A stretch of 64,000 nucleotides of DNA from Tubulanus polymorphus (lineage: Eukaryota; Animalia; Nemertea), in NCBI RefSeq assembly GCF_964204645.1, contig NC_134025.1:19319101-19383100 (forward strand). Direction: 5' to 3'. Each line of letters begins with the position of its first letter. The first letter of the stretch is position 1. Below the pieces are notes generated by a model. That model saw only the letters and a program-made list of their open reading frames with translations, did no database searches and was not told the DNA's origin. Made by a program: the position numbers and the translations under genes. This document shows, one piece after another, positions 34,891 through 49,800 of this stretch.

Positions 34891-37800
34891 ATGGCTCCTG
34901 CCGCTGCAAGTACCGCTACTACTAATTCGACTAATTCATCAGTGGTGACAGGTATGAGAAATGAACTAATTTTTCAAATTCAATTTCATAATAGGTAAAT
35001 CGTTTTTGTTGTTATTCTGAATTCCGCTAGATGGAGAAAAGGTCGATAAGTTTGAGCACCCACATCGTAATCCCTAAATCTACTGTCAAGTTAAATTGCA
35101 ATTCGTCTATAAAACATGTGTTCCAAATCCGCAGATCCGCTCCTCTCATGAATGGTGCAATTTAGCCAAGTTGTATTAAACTGCTCCAATAGCTCCAATC
35201 TTACTGAAAGAAAGCTTGTTGGAATGGGGAGGGCTCAAATAACAATATACTTTTTAAATTTTTGAATTATCTTCAGTAGTTTTCGAGATATCGCAAATTG
35301 AAGTTTGAAAATTTGAGCGAAAATTGTCTTCATGTTTCAATACACAAAAACTCACAGGGGTTTGGCGATGGGCTTGGATTTTATTTCCGGGTTGTTGATA
35401 ATCTCGCGAGAATTGCGCTAAATATGATTTGCGAATAAATTCAAAATATCACGGAAATACCTTGTGTTTATATTGTTTATTTATCCGCTATAAAATTCTG
35501 ATAAACAATTGGTCGTTAAGAATCATTATCAGACGGTCGTCAGACGGCTATATAAAATAACAAGAGATGACGGGAGCGTAGTGGCGATCTGCCCGGAAAA
35601 AAAAAATTTTTTGCCTATCATTTCGCTAAATCTGTCCTAATATTCAGAAATATAGTGATGAATAATTATGAATCGGAAAATAAATACAATAATTCACCGC
35701 TAGACCGATGAATAATTGTTGAATATTGATCTCATCACGAGCAGCACGGCGCGTCATCATTCAATAACAAGTGCTGGCCGCCATTTTGTATCGCTCGCTT
35801 CAACGCAAAACTTAGACATCGACTTTTCCGGCAGCGATCGCTCAGCCCCGACACGAAATAAAATCATGCAGTCTTCAGTATTTGAATTTTAAGATCCTAA
35901 ACCTTCCGATTCCTGATGATTCGTCGCTTATTCCGGGTCCTAAGCTGACGTATTTTGCTCTTGAAAAAGGGTATATTTCGATTTCTATTTTCTTCAACTA
36001 AAATGCGGATTTATACACTAGACCAACCCCCAAGTGATAAAGATAGATCTTATTGGTTGATTCCAAAAGATTTTAGCTCATTTGCATTGATAGACAGGTT
36101 TTATGAATGATTTTATTACGCGATGTCAAAACGCGTAGTAAAAACGCGCATCACACTTTTCCTTATCAATAATGGTCATCACAATCGATAGTGGCGCCCC
36201 GCGCGGACATGAACATACCTATCATAATATTAATAAATAAATGGAAGTGGATATTTTGCCAATGCGGCATTATTTTAGTAAACGCTATTTTGGCAAAATA
36301 TCGTTTACTAAAATGATGCAAAATTTTTGCCAATGGCTATATATAATAAGATATAGCAATAAAATAATTATAAATAAAATCATTATATAGGGTTTAGGGT
36401 TAGGGTTTCGATGGGCTAGGGTCCAGAGGGTTAGGTTTAGAGGTAAGGGTGAGATTTAGGGTCCGTTTTTACCCCTAGGGATAGGGTTAGGGTAAGGTGA
36501 GGTCATATTTAATGGAAACTTACGGGTGGTTTCGAGACATGGTTATTGTAATGTATGTAGACTTGTTAGAAATGATGTGAGGAGGCCGTAATTAGGCCTG
36601 GTGCAAGTAATCACATTTCAGTTCAATTGGCATTTTTTTAACACTTAGCCAAATTGTCTGATATGGTTAAAATTTAGATTAGAAAATTTCGCTGTTATAT
36701 AGGCCTAAGAAAATTTTATTTTTCTTTCAGAGTGTAGAGTGGATCACAAAAAAATTGTTTCAGGATATTTTTGACAATCTCTACTCTACTGAAAAGTTTC
36801 TCATTGCCCTACCTGAAAGTTCACTCTACTGGACGTATCGGCCACACTCCGCGCGGTTGTGCCACCGCGCGGGATTTGCACGAAGCAGCAAACACAAACA
36901 TGGCCACTCTCAATTTTCAATGATAGAAATCGTGTACACGTGCATTTCAATTATTTCGGCTGTTAGGGTTTTAAGGCACAATATAAGTTGATGATGTGAT
37001 GTGGCGATGTTAGTTAATGATAATTCCGCAGTGAAGCTAGTCACGAACGGTGCCGATTGAGTGTACAGCTGCCAAAAACACTGAAATGTGCGTAGTTGTA
37101 TAACTATTTGCAGTGAATTGCAGACGAAACATGAAGCCTTAACAGCCGTTTAAAAAAAAATTATACTAATCGCAATTGTAAAATAAAAATGAGATAGAAC
37201 CTAAGTTAAAATTCTGGCCATTTCTAAAATGTTATTACTAATTTTTAGTCAGTGCCGAACGTTTAGTTTTCCAACAATAATGAGGGGTGGTAGGTAGTCA
37301 TGCAATTCAAGTCATCATTTATTACACGTTACTTCCGTGTTGTTGAAAATCTCGCGAGTCCTGGATCAAACCCCATTGAACAATGTGATGTGTGTGCTGG
37401 CCACAAATGCACACAGATCACACTACACTACCCATTACACACTCCAGTACCCACAGCTTTCATCCATCCAAATATTTAGAGTGTCTTTCTTCCTGGATTC
37501 CTGGATGACATTCTAAGTAAGATTTATATGTACAATTGATTGCACAAATCTATGAGTGCGGATCTGCAATTTTTGTTTTACCAAGATACCTGTTAGGTTC
37601 TCCAGTTTAATGAAGAACTGCAAATGCACTCTTCTCAGTTAACATATTGAAAATTAGACTGAGTCTACTTTTAGGCTCCCCTATCAAACAAATTAATGAT
37701 TGACTGCCACTGCCTGAGTGATTAGATCTAACTATTGAGGGAAAGTGACCTTTACTTTACTTTATTTGCAAACTCTTGGTCTTAATACAAAGACAATTTG

Positions 37801-40800
37801 AGTGATATACAGTAAAAAAGAGCAACACTGCTAATCTGGCTGAATTCTAACTTGCCACAATTAGGCCCACCTCATTGGCCTAATTTTGATTGGTATTCAA
37901 TTGATTAATTACTAATTAAAGAATTTGACTTGACAAATTTGTATTAGAAAATTGGTCGCTTCATATGGAAGAAAACATGAGACCAAAGTGCAAGTTTTAT
38001 AGGCCTATCTGACTACTAAGCCCCCTGCTTTAATGAATTTGTAATTTTCCTACATGGTCTTTTTGAATGAATACTTACTATTATTGTAGATGAAAGGTCA
38101 GTGATCATGGACTTGAGTGTAGGTTACATGGTAGATATGTAGCTTTGACATTTTGATAAGACTAGACATGAATTAGTTCTGACACATGGTTTAGCCAAAG
38201 GTTTGTCTCTAGAGACAAAACGCTAGGACCTAAGGTCAAGTGTAAATGGTTTAATTGTCATTTCATCAGACTTTAGCCCTACTGGGGTTTTTTTTATTTG
38301 ATACCACTGGTTTAGGCCTACAAGAGTTACATATAGTAAATTTAAAAGTTGAAGGTTATGCGTTGCTAACACTAAGTACATTGTATTAAGAAAATAGGAA
38401 TATAGCACAGTAGGACTCACTTAATTCGGATATGGACTGTCCAGATTTCTCCGAAAGTAAAATCCAAACTATGAATAATACCTTGGTTCCAAGTTAAATT
38501 GACCAAATATTTCATCAAGTTAAGTGAAAGTTTGGATAGAAAATTCCGAATTAAGCAAGCTTATTACTGTAAATATGTTGATTGCTTTCGCCCTTTGCTA
38601 TCCTCCAAATCAATTTGTACCATATACCGTTTTGTCCAACTAAGGGGCATCTTTTATTTCAAAAACAAAGGGAAACTACTGCACTGGTCCAGTACAAATT
38701 TAATGCTATTTTACAGATATCTTCCAAGAACTAGATGCAACGCTGAAGAAAAGAATTATGATCTTCGATGGGGGAATGGGAACAATGATTCAAAGATGTA
38801 AATTAGATGAAGCAGCATTCCGTGGCACTGAATTTAAAGATCACGCTAAACCTTTGAAGGGAAACAATGATATTTTAAGTTTAACTCAGCCTGACATCAT
38901 TTATAAAATTCATAAGGTTAGTAACAATCAGTGTGACAATTGTTTTTCAAAAGAACCAGTGCGCTGCTTTTTGGATTGGATATAAAAATTCACAAATAGA
39001 AAAAAATAAAGAAAAAAAGTAAATTCCAAATTAGCTTCCCACGATGCATTAGTTAGTCCTAAAACATGAACAAAATTTTGACATGAATTTACAGTAAAAT
39101 CTCCCTTAGTGAACACCTCCCTTAGTGAACTCTTTTTGGCCGGAACCAAATTTTCCCTACTCATTTTCAATTAAACAGAACCTCCATTTAGTGAACACCT
39201 ATCTATAGTGAACAGTGAACACTTTTTCGGGTACCAAATGAGGAATTATACCCCTCAATAGTGAACAGTGGTCCCATCACAGAATATCTAAACAGTCAAA
39301 GTTTGCTAGTAGACTCATTGTTATCAGTTTCTAGGTGTTCATCATATACCATATGTATACAAATCATGGTCATTCAATGGCTAGTTGTCTTTAATAGTCC
39401 TTAGGCAGTACTAATTAGGTTAATTGGTGACTACAATTATGAATGGACAGCTGTTATTGTTTTTGATTAATGCTTAATATTGGGGGTAGTTATTCAAACT
39501 ACTAGTAGGTGGCGTGACACAAATATGTACTACCTCTATTTAGTGAACACCTTTCTATAGTGAACAATTTGTTCAGAACCCCAAGTGTTCACTATAGAGA
39601 GGTTATACTGTAATCGTTTTGTTTTTTCATTGAATTAAATTTCTCGAATGAAATTTTCAATTCTGAGAAAAGTTATAGGCGTGATAAATTTGTTCATTAC
39701 TCAAGTTTTCAATTTAAGTTCAAAATTTTGTTGTTATTCGGGTTCAAGTCTGGCTCCAATTTCATGGTAATTAATTTGAAATTAGCCGATTTAATCCTAA
39801 ACTTTCGACAAAGTTATTTCACATTTGTGAAACAGGTGTCAAAAATGAACCCGAAAATTTTGATTCAAATCCACAGGGGCTTAATCCACATTTGTGAAAC
39901 CGGGCCCAGGGTTTTGTATCTCAAAGATCCCAATTAGAATATACATTCTAAAATAGCCGCTCATTATTGAGTTTTGTTCCTTCATCAAATTTATTGCTAT
40001 ATCTTGCTAAAATTGGGTAAGAGTTAACTGGACCATATATGCCATGATAGATTCCTCTCTTTAAAGCCACATCAGTGAAACTATTTGCTCACGAATTTGA
40101 CTCTTCTCAGAGGGGAGGCCAAACACCTATTGCAACCCATTTTTAGTGCATTCGGTTTCGACAAGGGGAACATAACCAGCATGTCTAAGCCCCTTGCCCA
40201 ACTTATAGTTAGTGACCGTGCTAAATTTCTAATCATTCAAACCATCAAATGCTACAACTTAAGTGAGTTTGCGACTTAGAAACTTTGACTTCAATAGGGA
40301 AATATAGGCTTATATATGAAATATATGAAATATATATTGAAAATGGGAAGAAAAATCAGACTTGCACATGTTCTACTGTACTGTCAATCTATGAAAACAG
40401 TTGTTCATGATATATATTTGCCCCTTAGGATTATCTCTTAGCTGGAGCTGATTTTATCGAAACCAATACCTTCAGCGGGACAAAGATTGCTCAAGCAGAT
40501 TATGGAATGGAACACATGGTATGTATCCTATATATAAGTACAGTTAAGTACGCGTATGTTGTAGTTGTTTGAAAGAAAGATTATTTACAATGGGAACATT
40601 AATCCAGGTCTACAGGATCAATCTTGAATCAGCGAAGGTTGCCAGACGTGCTGTGGATGATGTCACCAATGAAACTGGGGTTAAAAGATATGTCGCTGGG
40701 GCTTTAGGACCAACAAATAGAACATTGTCCATTTCACCATCTGTTGAAAGACCAGATTTCCGTAACGTCAGTAAGTATTTCAGAAAGTAACAACACCAAA

Positions 40801-43800
40801 ATAAAATGGTATTGTTTAAAGATGAGCTTTTTTACTTTCTTTAACTACATGTATTCTTAAATCGTGAAATTTTCTATTCCTGAATTATTATGAAGCTTCA
40901 AACACCTACCCAGGGTTCGATCTAAAAGCCACAAGCTTATCTGAAATTTCCCTTGACCCCAGAATCAACTTGCCCTACACTGGCAGTCCGATTAGTGGGT
41001 GGCACAATCATCCATTGTATTGAGTGGGAAAAAAGCTTTGATATAAAGTATTGCATTAGCCCGTTGGACAAGTGATAATGATAACCTACTTGCCCTATTG
41101 AAAATATAGGCCTACTTTTCCTGGGCAATCGGACAAGTGCTTAGATCGGATCCTGCTTCCTCACGTATGCCATGTAAAACCCTCTTTAAAGTAACAGCCC
41201 TTTTTTCCTAAATCATTGCAGCATTTGATGAACTGGTCGATGCATACAGTGAACAAGCTAGAGGATTGTTAGATGGTGGTGCAGAAATTTTACTAGTTGA
41301 AACTATATTTGATACAGCTAATGCAAAGGTATTCATAACCTACATCTCTCACATACTGCGTCTACATAGGCCGAGTCTGGGGCCTGTTACAATTCCAAAG
41401 GTATCTTTTTGAAACCTGGTTTGTTTGTCAGATGAAAATGAGTTTCACCCCTGTCGTTGATCGTTGTCCATTCAATACACCACCCAACTTGAACTTCTTG
41501 TTAGCACATTTGTCCTATTATGTGCATGTCCTGGGGAGATACACGTGGCATTCACCACATTTTGGTTTTAATTCCTTTCAAATGTTTACCTATGAAGCTA
41601 TTATTCTCTTGTTTCATTAATAGGCTGCTCTGTACGCTATACAGCTTCTATTTGAAAACACTTATCAACCTGTACCTATATTTGTAAGTATGAGATTTTC
41701 TATTGATATTCAATCATTAAGAACAAAGAGAGCCAGATTAAAAACTTTCCTTGCATGTTTTCAGATTTCTGGAACGATTGTTGATAAGAGTGGAAGAACT
41801 TTATCTGGACAAACTGGTGAAGCATTCCTCATAAGTGTAGGACATACAAATCCCTTGTGGTAAGTACAGTACACAGCTAATAGTGGCATTCACCGCTCTT
41901 AATTTGGACGGTTCCATTTAGGAGAGAGCAAGTGTTTGCGCTAGAGAGTCTGTTATGAATTAGTCTGTTCCATAGACCATACCAATTAAAACACCTAAAA
42001 GACTGATCCAGCATTTCTCTGTGTGTAAACAGAAATTGGCTCAGAGTCCGAGATAAATTGTAATTGTGAATCTCTGTGGTATGACCCAGGGATAACTATC
42101 TAGCAAATTCAGCAATGTGCACCCTGGTTTTGTCCATTCTAAAGCAACTATCAATCTGTACCCACCCCCTGAGACAATCGACCAATTATCACCATCCTTG
42201 TAAAAACTGATCATCAAGATTTACCCAGAAAGAGCACCAAGCTTCGCTAGGATATCTCCAATGTGCCGAGGATTCCAGGTACAGACAACAAACGGTTTAT
42301 CACAAACATCAGAAGATCTCCAGGACTTAGACTAAACAAGATTGAAACAGAAGCCTGAAGTTATTTTATTTTGAGCAAACTGGCAAATGTAAGTAGGCCT
42401 AACAGATATCCTTATTGATCTAATATCATCTTAGTATTTATTATTTAATATTGAACAATAAACTATTTGGAAAAAATACCACAAACATTTGGTAAAAAAT
42501 AAAACGAGAAATTCTTAAGTTCCTGATTCACGATTCATATCAATTCCAAAAATTTTATTGACAACATTAAACATCACACAGACAGATCAACACTTCAACT
42601 GCAATATCCGCCGGATGCCATCCTACCCATTTCGAAATGTTAGACATTCAAAATACAAGCGATGCACCTTTACACATTTAAATTGCCAGCCGGACAAAAA
42701 CTAATCATCAGGATATCAACAAAGTCGAGTTTGATTGGCTGAGGGGTGAGCACAGAGAGTAGATTGATAGCTACATGAATTTGGCACATTCCAGGTGGTA
42801 CTGTGAATGCAACTTATGTTCTGACAAATTACTTTACTTACGTGTTTTCTAGTGAGCAACAATTTTCATATTTTCAGTGTTGGGTTGAACTGTGCTCTCG
42901 GTGCTAACGAAATGAGGCCTTTCATTGAAAGAATTGGACAGAATACAAAATCTTATGTCTTGTGTTATCCTAATGCCGGTAAGTAGGAGATTGGATCTGG
43001 ATAACACATCTAAAGCCTAGTGTACATCGACACTGCGATTGGAGACAACTAGTTGCTTGGCAGTTTTCAGCGCATGAGAGGAACTCTGGATACAATCAGT
43101 TGCTCCAATTTGTCAATGTGGGTGAGCTTACGACTGGTTAGCGTCCATCTATCTCCAGTTCCAGCCAGTTGCCCACGTTCTACTTTTGAGCAACTAGTTG
43201 TAATCAGTTAATGTCATATCCGTCGACGTGAGGGCTCCATAATCAACAACACATGGTTGCAACTGACTAAAACAAATCACGTGATTAGGGATGCCCTCTA
43301 GAATATTTGCTAGATAACACACTCAGTCGCTGGCGCTATGGACCTAGCAACCTTCTTTTTAGATATATGATCAATTACGTATATAAGATTTCATTCTTAT
43401 CTTCAGTACTATATAATAAGTCTTGAACTTCACCTCTTAAACTTGGAAAGTATTTGGCTTGCCTAATCTGGGTTTGTTTAACCCAGAGATGCTAGTTTTC
43501 CGGAAATATCCAGTATTCCGGAAATTTAGGATCGCCGATGTCAATTCCTGAAATTTGGTGAGAATTCCTCGCGGCGACCAGTAATGGCGCGGACCGTAAA
43601 AGCGTTCGTTTGTTTGTACTCGTCGTCGCTTCTGTGTTATTTTATCTTGGTCTCTGTTTCCGAGGACGTTCTGCTACAATGTATATATGTGTGCTTGTTG
43701 TGGTATCTGTGCGTGCGTAGGCGGAGCGCCACTGTTGTGATGCCATTTCCACTTAAAAGTCAATAATCTTTACGCGCCGTTGTACATCGTCCCGCTGACG

Positions 43801-46800
43801 GCCAACAATGTGAAGATGCACGTGGTAATAATTAACATAATATTTAATAAATATCATCTTAATTATTACCACGCGCGTGCTATGTGCTGAGGCACGCAGC
43901 TTTGTAACTTTCTTTTTGCGGGATGGTCTGCAAAATGAGCACGCACGGAAAGATTCAGTCGGGAGTCGGCCGATATAAAGGCAATTGACAGCGGTATAAA
44001 AAATAAATTTAACTGGCAATGGCTAGAGTGTGAGGACAGTAACGGGGACTACTTATCGAACTACATTCGTGAGATAGACTTAGCTGGCGTGGCGTACTGC
44101 GTCGTTTGTAAAGACCAGGTCAAATACGGTAGTGGCGGGAAAAAAGATATTCTTCGTCACCCGGATAGCGCGGGGCATAAGAAGGCAGGGAGGGATGTGA
44201 AGCACAACGAATGCCTGCCGTCGTATTTTCAGATGAAAGATGCCGATCGTGACACTGCATCTCCGGCGATGCAAAAATGCCCGTTCTAAATTCCGGAATT
44301 TTGGTACTTTGGCCCTAGCATCTCTGTTAACCCATTAGCACTATGTAGTGTCAATTTCACTAAGCCTATGTACCGGGATAGTGTCAATTGCTCCTCAGAA
44401 AGTTCAAGGGAAAATCCAAGTTTATCACGATACCGAACCCGAATAGCTCATTTACGGTACTGTTTATTTTCATGCATTACAAGCTTGTGTTATTTGTTGT
44501 AAATAGTCAAGGCGTTCATATGATAAGATTTGATGAGGTGGGCCACCAACATGGTGTCCTTTTGGCCCTCCGAAATTCATCCAAAGTTACTTGGATTTGA
44601 AGTGAGCGCTCAGATCTGTCATGTTCTTACTACAAATACTCAAGAATTTCAAATACGATGATGTTGATTTCTCTACGATATTTCAAGGACTTGGGTGTCT
44701 AGTTTATCATAAGCTATTGGGTTCGAATCCCACTAAAACCGTTTTTGTACAGCATATGAAAAAAGTGTCAGAGCGGCTTGAGTTTTAGGCAGGACGGATA
44801 CGGGCGGCTTGAGTGCTAATAGGTTAATGTTTGTTTTTTTTGTTTTACATAGATATGTTTAACATGTATTATTTTCAGGTTTACCGAATACATTTGGTGA
44901 TTATGATGAAACACCAGAGATGATGGCAGCTCAGTTGGAGGTATATATATATATATCATTTGATCTCCCTTGTTTTTCCCTTTTAAGCCCACTTCAGACT
45001 TGAATCCGAGCGAGTTTTTTTATTTCATTTACTTTTTATCCGTCCATCTGTAGACAGAATCTTCATCACACATGATAGTATGGTCTTGATATTATTGCTC
45101 TGTTCAGTAATCTGCCTTATTTTGTAAAATTGACTTCATTTCCGTTCATTCTGCACCTAAACTGGTAAACCATGACGGTTCGTCACCAACAATAATGTAT
45201 TATACTATCAATCTTCTATCTCTGTTGAGGATTCACATTAGGCTTCATTTCTTCTACTGTACACTCATGACCTAGATTGGCCATAGTTTTTATTACACCA
45301 GTGCATCATGAGTGACCCCAAATGGAGAAAAGTGTTGTGGAATTTAAGAGAAACATGAAATATTAAGTCTTCAATGACTCGTGTCAATTATATTATATAG
45401 GGAAGCAAACCATCAGTGATTCGCTACGGTCTGATCGTATGAAATAGAACAAAATAAGTAAGCCTAATGCCATTGGACTCAATAATTCCCTATTTTTGGC
45501 CATTGATTTAGTGTGCGGATCTTCAAACCAGTAACGCCTAATTCATTAGGAAATGAATGAAAGTACCGACTTCATTGGTTTAGGCGGAGTCTACTCTACT
45601 CTACAATTTCAATCTATATTGGCAATTATACATATTTAGTAACCACATATGATTGCAAAGTTGTAGCTGATGACATGATGGCCAATGATTTTGGTGAGTT
45701 TCAGGGTTGTTGGTTTCAGTATATGTTCACCAGGGATGTTGAATATTGAAATTGTCAGAGCTTTTCAAACCACATTCACAGTATGCATGGTTTCCCTGAA
45801 ACCCTAGTTTGACAAAAATCATGTTGCCGGGAGTCTTGTTCTATAATTTATGACATTGTGTAAATGCTTTTTCAGTCTTTTGCAAAAGATGGATTATTCA
45901 ATATAGTAGGTGGTTGTTGTGGTACTACCCCGGAACATATACAGTATGTATCAGAGGTTTAATGCATATGATTTTGTAATTCATTGTTTGAACCTAGTGA
46001 AGCACTGACTGATTGTTATTATGAATCTTTCAGTGCTATTGCTGAAACTATGAAGCGACATAAACCCAGAGTACCACCTAAGGAAATGCATGAAGGACAT
46101 ACCTTGCTAGCAGGTAATTTGTTTTAGCTCAACAAACAATGCTCAATTTTATAAGTTTATGATACATTTTAATGTCGAGGAGTTTCCATTATGAGATTGA
46201 AAGGCATGAGCTGGTTACAGCATTCAAATGGAATCAGTGGTGGGTAATCCACTTGCACCAAATCATATCAATATAAATCACTTCTGTGATAGTTTAACAG
46301 GTCACTAAATCAATTTGCATTAACTCCAACAATTGTGCCAATTAGGTAAACCAAGTGGCAAACAAATATGTGATTGACTGTACTGTCCTACTTAACTGTC
46401 TAAACTGCAGCGCCTGAAATAAAGATGCCTCCAAAATACTACTGCAGGCATTATGTGAATTACATATTGGTACTTAAAATGCTTGAATATTGGCGAATAT
46501 GAGACAAGTCACAATCTATGAAGTGTGAATAAAAGACCTACGAAGATTTTATTTCTGAAATATCAGTGTAACAGATTATTGTGGTTAAATCTTCATAATA
46601 GCGATTTAACCTCTGAAACTGGACTGCTTCCTATGGTGTATTTGCAACATTTTACTTGACACTTCATGTTTGATTGCTTTTGTTTTTATTAAGGATTGGA
46701 GCCTATGTATATGGGACCACTTTCATTGTTCGTGAATATTGGTGAACGTTGTAATGTAGCTGGTTCTCGGAAATTTGCACGACTGATTGCAAATGGTGAC

Positions 46801-49800
46801 TACGAGGTGAATATTGAGTTGCTAAACATTTCAATGTTTGTCAAAACAAGACCATTTTCATTAGAATTTGGAATGCTGATAGGTTTTGATGATTGTCAGC
46901 TTACTAAAGTGTCCAACAATTAGAAAGCTTTTAAGATTGTGGGAGTAAGCTTTTTTCAGCCATTTAGATTGCTTTAGGCAATGGAATAATTTTCATTGAT
47001 AGTCCAGTCAACAGTATACTAAGCATTAGTTGGAGTTTTGAATGTTTTTCTATGGGTGTTGTGTCAATTTATGTTTATAGGAAGCTTTGAGCATAGCTAA
47101 GACTCAAGTAGAAAATGGTGCCCAAATCCTTGATATCAACATGGACGAAGGTATGCTGGATGGAAAAGCTGCCATGTCTAAGTTTCTGAACCTCATATCA
47201 TCAGAGCCTGACATTGCCAAGGTAATTATTAACGGACAATCATTAAACATGCTTATAGGGTTTAGACTATAAGTGTGCTTAAATGAGTCGAACGATTAGT
47301 TGAGCTCGTATGACTAGTTGCTAAGTACGTGTGGCGCAGAAATTTTGAACAATCAGTATGTGCATAAGTAGAAATAGTGCATGGAATATTCAACAGGATA
47401 AGCCTGCTCATTGCCTCTGTTGTATTTCTATGACTGATGAATTCCGACTGATTTTGTAGATGGTTCTAATTACTTGGATAACGAGAAAGCGGCATTTGAG
47501 TACAGGCTTTGATACTAGAAAACATTAGTAATGTACTAGTGATACGTAGTAGAATAACCACGTGGAGAATCAATGATAAGTTTAAAACCTATTATATACA
47601 AGATTTAAATGATTGAAAACGAATGATATCTATTAAAAATTGAAATAAATAGACACAACATTACAGACTATCTCTCTTGACACAATCAACAATCATCTCA
47701 GGAGTGGTGTAGATGAAATCTTCTAAATCCTGTATATTGTGGGTTTTAAGTTTATCAGTGATACATATTCCTCATAGAATGTGCCACCTTTGAAAAATTA
47801 GCTTGATATATTATGAATTTATCCATGATCCAAGATACACCCTTCTATCTAGACTATGTTATGCAGAGACACAGGATACACTCCTATCTCTGCAATGCTT
47901 AGATATTACTAAGGCAAACTCTGATCATGGGAAAATTAATTGACAACTATGGTAGATGATCGAAGTAGGATGATAATCAATAGTGGTTTATTTTTTTCTG
48001 GTATGAAAGCCGATAATAAAGTTCCTGTGGTTACAATATGGCTGAATCAATTGTCTCCAAGATTAAAGCGTGAAATCATGTTTTGGTTGTCATCAATACC
48101 TGGGTGGTTCAATCCAAGTTGCAGCATTCTGAGGGTTGCTCCAGATGGACTCGGTGAATAATGTCCATCATGTGGTTGCAATTGCATTTGACCTTATTCA
48201 TTATATAATCAATTGTATAAGTCTACCATGAATTTTCTGTTTGTCTACTTAGGTACCACTGTGTATTGATTCGTCAAACTTTGCAGTAGTAGAAGCTGGA
48301 TTAAAATGTTCACAGGGTAAATGTGTCGTGAACAGTATCAGTTTGAAGGAGGGCAAAGAAGATTTTCTCAATAAAGCTAGAATAATCAGGCGACATGGGG
48401 CAGCTGTTGTAGTCATGGCATTTGATGATGTTGGCCAAGTATGTATTTCACTTATTACTCAATCTACACTCCCAGCCAAAAGCTCAATGCATTTATGTAA
48501 GTTTTCTTTGGAAATTTGATCCTCTTGAAACATTTCAAGTTTCAAAGTCGTTATGATTTTTTTCTGCCTTTCTCTTCAAGAAGGGCATTTCAGAATTTTG
48601 AGTGCTTTATGTGGCACCCTGTCCCACCTATGGACTGCCTTTTGTTTCATGAAGTCATAATTATTATATCACTGATAAATTTTCTGCTCCTTAATTATCG
48701 AATCGTTCGAGATGATATTATATTGGCTTTTCTACTGAATGTTTATAGGATTTTGATTGATATTACCGGTAGTTTACAACTTCAAAAAATGTTTTTTCAA
48801 TTTTATGTGTAATGTAGAAAAAAAATTAAGTGTGGTAACCAGGTAAAAACTTAGCAGATAAGTTGCCATATATTCTTAATTCAGCAAAATCAAGACGGTT
48901 TTCATTTTACATATGGTAATTTAGCATTGCTTAATTGTCCCTGGTGCAGTGTTGGAAGAAAAACTTATGAAGTTTGATATGAAGCGTATTTCTGCTGAAT
49001 TGAAGAATTCATTTCATGCATCGTTTTACAGCATATGTCTTGTCCTTTTTAGGCCACAGACATAAAGGGAAAAGTTGATATTTGCACACGATCGTACAAT
49101 CTGTTGGTCACTGAAGTTGGCTTCGACCCATCAGATATTATCTTTGATCCAAATATTTTGACTATAGCGACCGGAATAGAAGAACATAATGATTATGGTG
49201 TCAATTTCATCGAAGCTACACGCATAATAAAGGTAAATTTCGCGGTTGTGTATGGTAATACCGGGGTCAGATCCAGAGGCCAATTTTAAAGGACTTGCAA
49301 CATCCCAAAAGGCCACTTTAATGTCCAAAAAGTTAAGGTGTACTCCCACACTGAAATGTTGCTATTGTCTTTGTGGACAAAATGAAAAGGGCACTAGAAA
49401 CATTTGATGGAAATCTCACTAGTCCCGCCTGGGTCGGCCCCTGAATACATCCTGTATACTCCGGCTAATAACTCAAGCAACTTTTTGACCTTGGAATCCT
49501 GGCATTTTGCCTAGCATCTCCCAATAAGCCGAGGCCTTAAAAAAGTTAAATTACGTATTTGATTTGTTAATAAGTTTGTTAACTTCATTATTTTTTTGTC
49601 CGTCATCTGTCCGGTTGTTTGTCTGTCCGTTTATAGACAGAATCTAGTATTCTTGGGAAGTTTAAGATACACTTTGATCCATCGTTTCAATATTAGGTCC
49701 ATGTATGTATCTACCCTAGCTGCATCTGCAGACCAAAAATTTATTCCAAAATATTTAAGTAGGTCTTCGTTTTAAAAAGTTGTCCTGCTATATAATGTCA

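Noticed and set aside
36388-36502. Interstitial telomere / chromosome fusion scar
   Set aside because: Repeats are short and degenerate, and embedded in a dispersed repeat with copies at 29970-30050 and 30467-30602
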